Shown: positions 38,568 through 49,474 of the stretch, in pieces
Layout: each line of letters begins with the position of its first letter
Position numbering within the stretch: position 1 is the first letter of the stretch
NCBI GenBank assembly: GCA_010909165.1
Contig: MU008173.1
Span: 434,001 to 498,000 of the forward strand
DNA length: 64,000 nt
Reading direction: 5' to 3'
Source: Anthoceros angustus
Lineage: Eukaryota > Plantae > Anthocerotophyta
Notes under the pieces: model-generated
The model's input: only the letters and a program-made list of their open reading frames with translations
Databases searched by the model: none
What the model was told of the DNA's origin: nothing
Program-made: the position numbers and the translations under genes

Positions 38568-39639
38568 ATAATCCCCATAACTAATATAAATCCGTGAGAA
38601 ACATATTTATAACATCATTTGCAACGAATTCTTGCCACATCATTACTGGGCCATAATCTATTCATAGATATTCTGGTCTCCTATAATGGTATTATTCTGC
38701 AAAAATCAAGTTCAACAATTTACAACCACATTTCTACAACAATAAACATAGTTTATAACGCCTTTTTATAAGAAACTGCTTATAAATTATCCTTGAAGAA
38801 ACAGGGCCACTGCCATTATTATATATTCACAAAATGTAGCGTTTTATTAACAAATAACCCCTCTAGTTTTCTAAATCAAAAAAGAATTCTATGCACAATT
38901 AACAACGCTGCGTTGTAGCAACGGAAAGCAAGCCATGTCAACAAACCCTGTTGTAAAATTCAGGTCAACATGCCATGTCAACAAACCCCGTTGCTAAAAT
39001 CCATGCTACATCATATTAGTTAGGAAACCCTATAAATGTTCGAAAAACTTACAACAGTATTTTGAGTCGTAGTAAGAGTGTTGTAGTTTCTCTAACCAAA
39101 CTTGTTCTAGACCCATTTGTAAAAGGTAGCCCCCTCCCTTGTGAAAAGCGAAACTGATTCCAAAAGGCTGCCTTGAGAGCTCTCCTAATCCACCCATCGC
39201 GATCACACTGTATTGTAGGTTCGATTTGCTACCATTGTCAGAAATGTGGCTCCTCAGCAACCGAAAATGCGTAAACGATCGCCACCATGTCCTCCCAAAG
39301 CTGGCATGGGAGATGTCAGCATGCGCATCGCATCGCCCTCCGCCACACGCTTCTTCTTCTTCTCGCCGAATTCTGACATACCGGTGGCGACTTGTATGGA
39401 GCCGGGCTGGTAGCCCTCCTCCGCCTGCTGCCCACTCCATGTTGCTCACCACCGATCCCGCCACTCCCCACCGCTTCTTCTTCCCCATGGCTCAAAATCG
39501 GACTGGATGCCCTTGCGCTGCCGAAAATTTGACTCCCGAGGAGTAGCGACCTCCTCCCGGACGGCCCGGGTCCTTAATCACGAGCTGGGCAAGCAAATGA
39601 TGATCGAGATCGCCCGCCTAGGTCCCTGGACTGCTTCTT

Positions 39640-40750
39640 GGAAATCCCCACTACCATTACTAACTCCTCCTCATTACTATTAGTTTCGCCTTCAAGTCGA
39701 AATGATCTCATCAGCTCGAAGGTCGCTGTCCAACATGTCAAGGGCTCAACGCCGTTGCCAGGTTTAAACTGCTACTGGTGGAATGCAAAGTTTGGCCACC
39801 AGCCCAAAAGAGCCGGGAGGAAATGCTAACTTGATCTTTTTGGCTACAAATCGATTGAGGATCATGTCGGGATTTTCTCAAATTTTGAAATCGAGCTAGT
39901 AGGATACTCGTTAGGGAAGGCAAGAGAGAGGATATCTTGGGAAAAGAATGGGTCAAAATGACCCATAGGTAAGATAGAAGGAAAAGCCTTAAGGGATAGG
40001 AGTCAAGTGTGATCATCATCAGAGGGTTTTACAGCTAATTGCTTGCCTGCAGGGGGTCGAGAGGAAGAGGCGTATCATCATGGTAGGCTAGCAACCATCA
40101 TGTGGGTCACCAAATCTTTGCCAGAAAGAGGGAATTAGAATAGAGGACATCCACTTTATATGCCTACCAATAGGGAAATAAATAAATAGGATTAATTAGA
40201 AGGTCATTGACTATGAAGGCCCAAAATAGGGACAGTGAAAATAGGCAACTTAGGCGTGACTAGGTATTTAGGATGGTGAACAAAATCTAGGTCAGAGGCT
40301 CTGTGTAAGCAAGCAATCCAAGTTGAGGGCAAGAAGTGTAGCTTAAGGGCCGCCTAACCTCTCCTTCGAACTCGAGACGCCTCACTTCACAAGAGCCGGA
40401 GAGTTGAGCCGACCAAGAGAAGAGAAGGAAGCCGCCATCACCAAGAGCGAGCTGAGGAGGGGAAAGAGGCAAGACTTCAACAAGAGGCACCAAACTTCTA
40501 CCTCAAGGCGAGGTGCAAGCAAACGGCGGAAGGAAGAAAAAGGGCGCGAAGCGTCGCGAACCGAGGGGAGCTCTCCATGCGCCCCGGGTTGCTGGAGAAA
40601 GTGGTGCAGAGCGGGAGCCAGGAGGACAGAGCACTCGAGGCGCTGTGTGGATCGCGGGACCAGGCGCGAGGAGCGCTGATCGATTGTCATGGCGCGCCCC
40701 GCCCGGAGAAAGGACTCACTTAAGAGGAAATTACAGCAGCCTAGAGGGCC
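39640..40750 (+). mobile_element. Diverged fragment of a related Gypsy element (integrase end and 3' region)
   Basis: 39830-39900 resembles 33545-33610, and 40070-40200 resembles 33770-33870, including the CCACT.TATATGC..ACCAATAGGG motif. Confidence 0.65.
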
Positions 40751-42131
40751 TTGCTGTACACGTGTATAGCTAATTTAGGCACACCCAAGTCGACCTGTGA
40801 ACAAACCAAACTACAAGCACCGAATGGAATATGGGCTTACAAGATGGCCTCACAACAATCATTGGTCGGGTTTTGAACATCGTAACTAGCCGAACGTAAG
40901 GCAGCAAACACACTCTGGCAAGTGCTGCAAGAATCTTGCAATTAGGGAAGTGAACTTGCTTTGGAGGAACCATTGGAGGCATCGCAACATGCTTGACTGC
41001 CGCGCCGCAATTACTTTTGCGTCTCCTATAGATGTCACTTCTGAATCGGGAAATGCTTAGTTGGTATTTAGTAAAAGACTCAGCCCAGACAGACAAAGGC
41101 TCTCGATATGTCTCCTATACCTAACGTAGAACCTGAAATACATATGCACATTTGGAAGAGCGAGCATCACGAGATGGCATTGGACATCAATCTGGCAACA
41201 GAGCTTGCCGAACAGATGAAAGAATCCCAGACATAAAGTTGTGTCCACCAATCAAAGGCCATTCAAGGTAGGGGCCTAATCCAACCCAAACGCCAGTTTC
41301 ATTTATAAAATAAACAGGCAAGCTGCACTTCCATGGTTAGAGCATGTGAAAAATCCATAACTCGAAGAGACAAATACAAACAAATCATTTGGGCCCCAAC
41401 ACCAAAGGCAACAACTACGATATGAAACCTAGGCTTTATTGAAGAAGCTCAGACTACAAATTTCGGATCTTCACTGCTTTAACAGGGAAATAAAGAGAAA
41501 GCAACCAACAGTAGCAATGACAGAATTTTCAAATGATTCATAATCCTTCCACAACTGCTCCACGAGGTGGACGGGGCTACAACCCGCTGGTAGGCCTCAC
41601 ACTGAAGTCATCCGCCGACTTACCTGATGTGGATGTCATGGATCCAATATCATGAGAATTCGAACAAACCAGCACACATTCACATACTATGAGTAGGTCC
41701 AGTGGTGGAGCTCAGACAATAGACAGACATCAACATACCGGCTCCCTTCAAAATATAATGTACTCTTGCCAAACAGAACCTGCTGAGATGTAAAACCGCA
41801 AGTCCAAGTCCCAAAGACACAGCGCTATCATGTGCACACCACCCTAAGGCTGACAACCTCCACAACACCACATAATCTATAATTGTATACACGCCTGAAA
41901 ATCAAAGCAAAGCAGCACAACGTGATTCAACATAAACTCATACGCCTTTTTTCACCTCCCCTCAGGACATCTACTTTCATTCACCTTTCCGTGCATAAAC
42001 TCGAATAAGACTTCACCACTGCAAAATTTGGCCGGGCTCTAAGGAGCAAATGTGAAAGCGTATCAATGTAGGTTAATTCGTACCAAAGGCAAGTGTGAGT
42101 ACCACATTTACGCACCAAAGATCCAATTCAA

Positions 42132-44468
42132 ACACGATTTTTGAAGGAGATAGCATCGAATTCTTCGCCGAGACAAGACCCTTGTCATTTAAGAACACCT
42201 TACCTAGAACAAAGATATGCCCCACTTTGATAATGCACACACCCTTTCTCGAGGTCATATCTTTGATAAAAGATGCACTTTCAAGTCTACACCCGAGAAC
42301 CGGAGCATGAGGGTGTGGGCCCGCTTATGCTTTAGTAGAATGCATAGAGGGCTGCCATTTTCATATGTTTATTACAACCGAAAACTTTTACTTTCAAGTG
42401 GTGGAACACAATGAAAACAATCTGCATTAGCGGAGTCTCAATGGTCGTGAGAACATTGCAACAAACAATCAAGGAGGAAGTGGTCATCAAGATCGATAGC
42501 CATTCAAGAGTGCGGCCCCGACTCATCCATTTGCGCAAACCGAGTCAAGTACCACCGCCATATTCGAGGCGGTCCATATCCTCCGCCTCGTTGTCGCTCT
42601 CCATTGCTTGCTCGCCTTCAATAGTATCATTCTTGGGCTCAGCCGACGTCGATCGCACAAAGATCTAGGGTCTCACGACCTCATCCAAAAGGTCGCCACC
42701 GTGGTCTTCAACCTTCCGCACTCAATGCAACCACTTGGGCTTTAAGGCAATGCCAACGTCCTTAAAATGAACAAAGTTAGTTGCCCATGCGCCCATGCAA
42801 GCATCCTTAAAATCAACAAAATTGAACTGTTGAGGAGGCACGAGGTTTGAACACAAACCTATTCATTACTACACTTATTTCCCAAACACTAGACCAACAA
42901 CCCATGGTTGCTTTTGAGGCGCTAAATATTTATTTTCAAGACAGTTTGAGGAGGCGCTGGCCGGGCCGGCGCCCATGGGTAGGGGAGGGCGCCGGCGGCG
43001 CCATGGGCAAGGCATGGGGGAGGGGCGCCTGGCCGGCGCCCATGGGCGGTGGTGTTAGGGGAGGGCACTGCGGCCGGGCATGTGGTGTGCTAGGGGAGGA
43101 CGCCTGCCGCGCCCATGGGCGGTGGTTAGGGAGGGGCCGGCCACCGCCCATGGGCGGTGAGGCGGCCGGCGCCCATGGGTAGGGGTGTTAGGGGAGGCGC
43201 CGGCCGCCCATGGGGTGGGGAGGGCGCCGCGGCCACGCCCATGAGAGAGACAGCTGGGGAGGGCGCCGGCCGGGCGCCTCCCTTAGCACCATCCTACGGT
43301 GCATACGGTGAAGCTAGGGGGACAAGAAGGAACGCAGTATCCTATCACCGATGGAAGGTGTGGCCCATTTGGTGAAGGGTTAAAAGATTTGCGCCCATAG
43401 GTGATCAAGAGTGGTGGGAAGCCTGTGGACCGGAAGGAGATTGCTATCATTGTGGAGAATAACATTGGGCTAGTGCTACACATTCTTGGAAGTGGTTTTC
43501 ACGCGTAAGTGGATCATACAGACCACTTCGCTTGATGAAGCTTTGCTAGATGAGGCATTATTGAGGGACCTCCCAGCGTGATATGTATTTGGGGCATATC
43601 AAAATGCGGAAGGCAATGGAAATGGCACGGATGAATGGGGACATAAACCGAGAGGGATGTTTCCGCAAAGGCTGCAATACACGGACATGCATACAGCCAT
43701 TCGGATTGGGAGGTCATTGACGTGAAGCTAAACGCACCACGACCTCACTTTCTCCACTAGTATCGGACCGAGCACATAGATGCGTATGAAGGAGATATGT
43801 GCAGAACACATAGTCCGCCAGAGTGGTAACCCATCCGTCCAATGCCGAGGAAAAAGGGAATAAGATCCATTACCTAAAAACATACAGAGGTATTTGTGGA
43901 ATGAAACACCATCCTCAGACATGGGTTTGTGTTGAACGACGGAAACATCTCATGTGGACAAAAAGCGATAAGGGATAAGCTCAAAGTTGCGTGGTTTCAT
44001 ACAACTGCGAGTGAAAGTGTCACAAGATAGTGATGACAATGGAGGAGAAGTCGACCAAGTGATGACGATGGATTGAACTCGGGATGAGTGAAACGAAATC
44101 TGCTTTTTCCCGGGTCCCGAGTTAATGTTGTAAGTCCGTCGATGTTTCGTGTTAGGAAATACCGTGGCTTTTGTGGTGTCATAACAAAACCACATTTCCA
44201 TCCCAAAATCGAAGTTTATGCCCCCGCCCGGCAGAACGGCCTTCCTCACCGCTCCTACTTTGCATCATTCCTAGGTTCGAGTTTCATACCACCATTCGAC
44301 ACAAAACATTGCCGGATGGAAAGTAGTAACTTTACCGGTGACACCTTTTTTCGGAGTCGCTTTTCCGCAATGCCTTCAAACGCTGCTTTAGGGCCCATCA
44401 AAACCCCTTCGTAGATTATTTATGGAAAACCCCTTCGAGATTATTCACCCCTTCAAAAATTATCGTGT
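42132..44468. mobile_element. TIR DNA transposon of about 2.34 kb, superfamily unresolved
   Basis: Left end ACACGATTTTTGAAGG; right end (reverse complement) ACACGATAATTTTTGAAGG. Flanked by TTCAA at 42127-42131 and 44469-44473. Removing the element restores the CstF77 exon (RC..LN(C)..DLW). Subterminal AAAACCCCTTCG repeats near the right end. Confidence 0.75.
42945..43290. repeat. GC-rich array with about 7-8 palindromic GCCCATGGGC cores
   Basis: GCCCATGGG recurs at irregular 25-70 bp spacing inside the TIR element. Confidence 0.8.
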
Positions 44469-46327
44469 TTCAAAGAACATCGATCAAGATTTGCTTGATG
44501 CATCATCATTGTTGGCACCCATTTGCAACTCCACATACTTCTTCCAAAGAAACGCCTGCACTGTGATCGTCACATAATGCTAATCAACCGACATATGCAA
44601 TCAGCTGCATGGTCACTCCGCCTCCTTTCCCACTGAACACAAAACTCCCCCAACACCCTACCACCACAATGTTCACAACAACGATTCCACACCAAAGCCC
44701 CACACATCGTGAGAACCTCACCGAAGTTGGGAAGTTGGCAATAATAGCCTCATAAACAGGGATGGCATCAGCCACAGACTGCCAAACACAAAACAACCCA
44801 TTACACCTTTTCTTCAACTAAACTGCAGCAAAAGCACCACCTTTGCACAATCCCCACCCCAAAACCTCACCTGGGCCTCGTTCCCAAGCACCCAAGCCTC
44901 CAAGCTTACACTGATCAAGCTCGATCCTCTCCCGAGCACGCCCTGAAATCGCACGAACCCAAAACCCTCAATCACAAGACCGAAAACCCACCATCCCCTG
45001 GCACCACCACACCTCACCTTCCCGGAGGAGGTACCCGGCTGCGGAGGCGGCTTCACAACGGGACACTAAGCCTGGGCCTCCGCCTCCTAGATTCAGGCCT
45101 CCTGAGCCCAGCATTCTCGGTACCCTGCGCAGCATCCTGATCCCAGCTGCGGACACGCCTCTCCTCCCGCTTCACTTCCTCCTTCACCACCACCTGGAAT
45201 TCCCCGGCACCAGTGCTGGCAGCCTCCTCCCCGCCTCCGCCTTGTTGCCCTCGTTGGCAACAGCCTTGCCCTGGGCTCATGGCGCGGCGCTCAGTCGCCT
45301 CATTCTCCGTCTTCACCACCACGAGCCCAGCCCGCTCACGGCGGCCCTCCTCCGCTGCGCTCATGCCGGGCTTCCAACCTTCGCTCCTCATGCTGCTATA
45401 GTTCTTTCCAATCATCTGGACGACGTAACCAATGCTGCCATCATCATTCTGCTGCACCAGCGGCTTCGGGGAAGTAAGTGGCAAGCCGGACCAAAAGGGC
45501 TTTGGCTGGGTTGATTGTTCAATGACATCATCGTTGAATGTTGGGAGGACATTAGCAGGGCGTGGAGAGAATTAGCTGGTGGGAGGACGATGCAGCAGTC
45601 TGTGGGAGGACAGAGCAGCGGTGGGATAAAAGTGAGGCCTTTCGCAACAAGTATTTTCCTCTTCCTATTGCCCTTCCTCATACAAGATGTTGCCGTCTTC
45701 AACGCTGTGAATGGAGAAAGAAGAAGCTACAAAGATGTAGGAATGTGGCCATTCTAAACACTCCACTCATGTAAACAAGGCTGAAACATCCATCTCGCGC
45801 CGGGTTATCCAATTGGCGCTGTCCTGCAATTTCAACCGGTCCTCTTTAGTATCCCCGGCCGAAGTGAGTCATCACGATTGATTCCGTTTTTTCTTAGCCT
45901 AATCTGGCTCATCTGCTATGACCAGATTCCATGTATTGAAAGGGCCAATCTCCGGCCAAGTGAGCTTTCTCTAGAACTTGTATCAGTTTGGCACCATGGA
46001 GAGTAGCATAGGACTGTAGATTCTGCAGGCTATGGTTGTTACACAAGTTTTCTAGAATATGTAGGTGCTTCCTTCCAATCATGTTGATTCTGTTGCTGTT
46101 AGTGGCACTTGGCTACAACTTTCAGCTCAACTTGTGCTTATGTTAGCTCTTGGTTTGTCGTGATAGTGATGTTTTCAATTTTTACAGGCTTCGTCCAATG
46201 GTACTAGGTACAACTTTTAGCTCAATTTGTGCTCTTGCTAGCTATTGCTTTGTAGTGATAGTGCTGTTTTTTAATTTTTACAAGCATTGTCCATAAATCT
46301 CTGCCCACGGCTAGATCATACGGCCCG

Positions 46328-46479
46328 TGAGTCTTGGTTGCAAGTTTGTGAGCCAAGGTTCAAAAGTGGCTCCAAGTTTTGTCACATCTACAAAGTCTCG
46401 CCCATGAGTCTTGGTTGCAAGTTTGTGAGCCAAGGTTCAAAAGTGGCTCCAAGTTCTGTCACATCTACAAAGTCTCGCC
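46328..46479. repeat. 77-bp tandem duplication
   Basis: TGAGTCTTGGTTGCAAGTTTGTGAGCCAAGG starts at 46328 and 46405. Confidence 0.9.
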
Positions 46480-46793
46480 ACAGGCAACATAATTTCAGGT
46501 ATATGGTGACAACATATCAAAAGTATCTTAGAGTTGGACCACCAGCTCATACTTGAGCAGCCTCAAAGCATATTTGAACAGACTCAAAGCTTATTTGAAC
46601 AGATTACAAGCTTCAGATCCGTTCAGATGTGATGGAACACTACATTATTTAAAAGCAAAACTGTGATCAGCTTAGGAACATTCACCAAGGTTCCAAGCGT
46701 TTACCAACCAACCCACACCTCGGCTTTTAAACAGACCTACCCTTCTAAAGAACTCCAACACCAAAAACCAATAGCAAACCTAGCACATTCACA

Positions 46794-47675
46794 TCATCGC
46801 TCCATAAGCAATCCTGTTGCCTTGCACTTACGTATGCACTTGTTGCAAAGCCATGCTGTTTCCTTTCCTTGTGCGTATCTCACTTGTCTGAGCTGGAACA
46901 TCTCCCACATACGGCCATGGAGGGATTTTAGAATGTCTTCGAGTCCTAACCAGGCATCCACATTGCCATCCTCTTCATTCACGGCCACCATGTTATGGAA
47001 TTGTTGGTGGTTGGACAATGTTTCCCCTACCAATCCCATCACTGTCATTGGCATGGATCCTGCCCTGTTTGCAAAGTCCGTAGCTGCTTCCAAACCAATA
47101 CATGCAAGCTCGCTTTGGCTAGAAACACAAGTTAGCACTCATCACAAAGCTTTCAATCCACTTGTAGTTTTTGATCGTATAACCAAAGGATAACCAGGTT
47201 GTCCTTGTACAATATGGTCGCCACCTCTCTCCTCACACATGAGATGCAAATGCACCGCTTTGCCAACCTAAATCAAAGCCATAAAACTTTCTCGGAAGGA
47301 TACATCATCACTACACAAGAAAGGACGACGAGGCAAGCTGGAACCATGATACCCTATAATAGCATCCATGTTGCATTTCAAAGCCCTCAATGTTTCTCTT
47401 TTCGACTCCATCAGCTTAGCTTCAACTAATCTAATCAACTCCAGTAACTCCTTTTGATTACTGTCTAGTTTGTCCATCACGTGCAAGTGTTGCATATCAA
47501 GCTTCGACTCTTGTATATCAAGCTTCTGCAATATTATAATTAAAATGTTTAACCAAGTTCTCCTATTTCCCACGGAGAGGTCAGAGTGACTTCGTAAAGG
47601 AACTGTAGACACACTGTGACTTGCTGCAGCCTTGGAGCTTGTGACCATATGTGACATTGACACAAGATCTTTCAT
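46794..47675 (-). pseudogene. C-terminal domain of a TORNADO1-like LRR-ROC-COR (Roco) protein
   Basis: One frame reads LPRRPF...*VGKAVHLHLMCEERGGDHIVQGQPGYPL...**...AGSMP...WEMFQLRQVRYAQGKETAWLCNKC, resembling the TRN1/bryophyte Roco C-terminus. Three in-frame stops; no upstream ROC/COR present. Confidence 0.7.
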
Positions 47676-47979
47676 TCATACCAGTCAATCCTAAGACTAT
47701 ACTCTCGCTCTGAGAATTTTACAGGACTTTGTTTCTTAGACATTGGGACAATAATCTGGGCCCACGCCAAACGTCTCAAGATTCAAAAGATGCAAAAGGT
47801 TCTCACTACTAGTTCAAAGTTTTAACCACTAGAAAAAAGATGAGGGTTAAGTAAAGATAAGAACATATCCACATTAGGGAGTTGCACAAAAAAGGTTGAA
47901 AACATCGAAAGGAACCCTTTAAAACAACAAAAATATCAAAACAAATACAAAACGATTCAAAAATTGTCAAATTTTAGGC

Positions 47980-48124
47980 GTTTCCTGAGTTGTTCCGTAC
48001 CAAAGGGCACGTTCCCACGTGTTACTCACCCGTCCGCCACTAACCCCGAAGGTCCGTTCGACTTGCATGTGTTAGGCCTGCCGCCAGCGTTCGCTCTGAG
48101 CCAGGATCAAACTCTCAGGTTGAG
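47980..48124 (-). rRNA. rrs: 5' fragment of a bacterial (alphaproteobacterial, Caulobacterales-like) 16S rRNA gene
   Basis: Reverse complement reads TCAACCTGAGAGTTTGATCCTGGCTCAGAGCGAACGCTGGCGGCAGGCCTAACACATGCAAGTCGAACGGACCTTCGGGGTTAGTGGCGGACGGGTGAGTAACACGTGGGAACGTGCCCTTTGGTACGGAACAACTCAGGAAAC. It contains the 27F site and a short V1. Confidence 0.95.
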
Positions 48125-48160
48125 TTGACCGCTAACTTCAAAACAGTGAACCTCGGGGAA

Positions 48161-48161
48161 N
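48161..48161. other. Ambiguous base N, probable contig join
   Basis: The N sits exactly between the bacterial rRNA leader and the truncated methyltransferase CDS. Confidence 0.7.
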
Positions 48162-49330
48162 AGCGGTGCTCGAGCAGCGCCTCCACGCTTGAGAGTCAAG
48201 TCATGCCAATTCTGCCATCCATCCAAGAACCAAACCCTAACGCGGTCAGCAAACAGCTCTCTCGGTGCCTCCAATACTCCCCAAGCACCAACAATCTCCC
48301 TCACCTGGAAAGGCCAGGGTACGGGGCGATGCCTGGAGCAGAATTCACAGCCATCAAAGCAGCTTCAATCAGCAAGGTCCCTGCACATGGGATCCAGGAG
48401 AACCAAATCCCCGTCTCCGCCGAAGCTCTTGTTTGCCTGACCTCCGAGCCCTGGCAGCCACCTGTTCCACCTGGCAAGCATGAGCATGCCCGCCGCGATC
48501 CCCTCGTTCAAGCTGGCCTTGTGCATGGCACTCCGGTACCCCCGCTTGTGCAGGCTCGCCCCGCTCATGTCCCGGTACAGCACGGCCTGGTCCCGGTACA
48601 GGGACAGGAACAAGGGCACATCCGGGGCCTGGGCCTCGCCAGGGGCCTCGGGCCGGGCTCCCTTGCACGCGTCTCTGCAGGCATCGCAGATTGCATCCTT
48701 GGCCCTCACAGAGGCCACCATGGAGTTGTCCAGGCCCGCGCAGCTCCACACCCGGCTCTGCACCACGAAGGTCCTGAACTTCCACAAAGACTCCGCCCCC
48801 GACCCAGTGCTGGGCCTCTTCTTCCACGGCATGTAGAGCTGCTTCTTAGGCCTTGCCCCGGCGCCATCGCCGAGCTCTGGAGTGGGAGGCCCGTCTGTGA
48901 CGAGCAGGTCGGCCCAGTCCACCGCCTCCCGGACGAACTTGTAGACGGGGTCCTGGGATCTGGGGAGCGGGCCAGACGCCAGCTCCATCAGCACCCTAAC
49001 CCCGCATCGCAGCCAGAGGTTCGCCCTGTAGCCCGTGCTGCGGGAGCCCGTGAAGGCCACCCCGGCCGAGCCCGGCTGCACGCGGGTGGCCCCAATCATG
49101 GGCCCCCGTAGCTCCGCGGCCACCACCTCCTCCAGCCCCGGGCTGCAGGTCACGTAGAATTTGTGGGCGACAGCGGCGTCCACAGTGGCGGCGGCGGCCC
49201 GGGGAGAGGGGGATGCACGGAGCCCGGTCAGCCGCCATGGCGGCTTCCTGGCAGGTGCTGTGGCGTCGCCAAGAGTGTGGAGGCCTGTCCAGAGGCCTCC
49301 GGGCGGTGACGAGGGCCACGCTCGCGCCAT
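48162..49330 (-). CDS. THUMP-domain rRNA methyltransferase (RlmL/UPF0020-like), probably organelle-targeted; 3' part cut at the N
   Basis: FYVTCSPGLEEVVAAEL, YRANLWLRCGVRVL, VRAKDAICD, YRDMSGASLHKRGYR, ASLNEGIAAGML, LLDPMC. A small indel follows, then GTLLIEAALMA, an intron from about 48305, and a NWHD exon. Confidence 0.9.
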
Positions 49331-49474
49331 GGCGGGAGGAGTCGGTGGGCACGACGGGCTGCCACCGGTGGGGGCGGAGTGGGCCTCGGCTGATGTGGAG
49401 ATGCAGAAAGAGAGAGCTGGAGATCTGCGTCCTCGGAAATTTCTGCACGTATCTGCCTAGAGTGTGAGGGACGC

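Larger units (their letters stand above)
40780..45484 (-). pseudogene. CSTF77: Cleavage stimulation factor 77 kDa (CstF77/Suf, HAT repeat) gene, N-terminal part; transposon-interrupted and 3'-truncated
   Basis: Spliced exons: LEAWVLGNEAQ (ends 44871), SVADAIPVYEAIIANFPTS (44778-44722), AFLWKKYVELQMGANNDDA (from 44555), KKAYEFMLNHV (about 41950-41920), GSVWQEYI (about 41770), APVHLVEQLWKDYESFENSV (about 41580-41520), IYRRRK...AMPP (about 41010-40970). These parallel plant CstF77. The start codon is uncertain. Confidence 0.8.

Noticed and set aside
39030-39546. ORFs 39030-39488 (-) and 39226-39546 (+) as genes
   Set aside because: No recognisable domain or splice structure; they lie between repeat fragments.
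42132-44468. Firm Transib or CACTA assignment
   Set aside because: No transposase motif was recognised, the termini are not CACTA/CACAATG, and TSD length is ambiguous from a single copy.
45515-45757. 80-aa ORF upstream of CstF77
   Set aside because: Non-ATG start and no motif support.
47980-48124. 16S fragment as a plastid or mitochondrial insertion (NUPT/NUMT)
   Set aside because: The sequence after the 27F site (AGCGAACGCTGGCGGCAGGCC) and the leader are alphaproteobacterial in style, not the plastid or plant mitochondrial forms.
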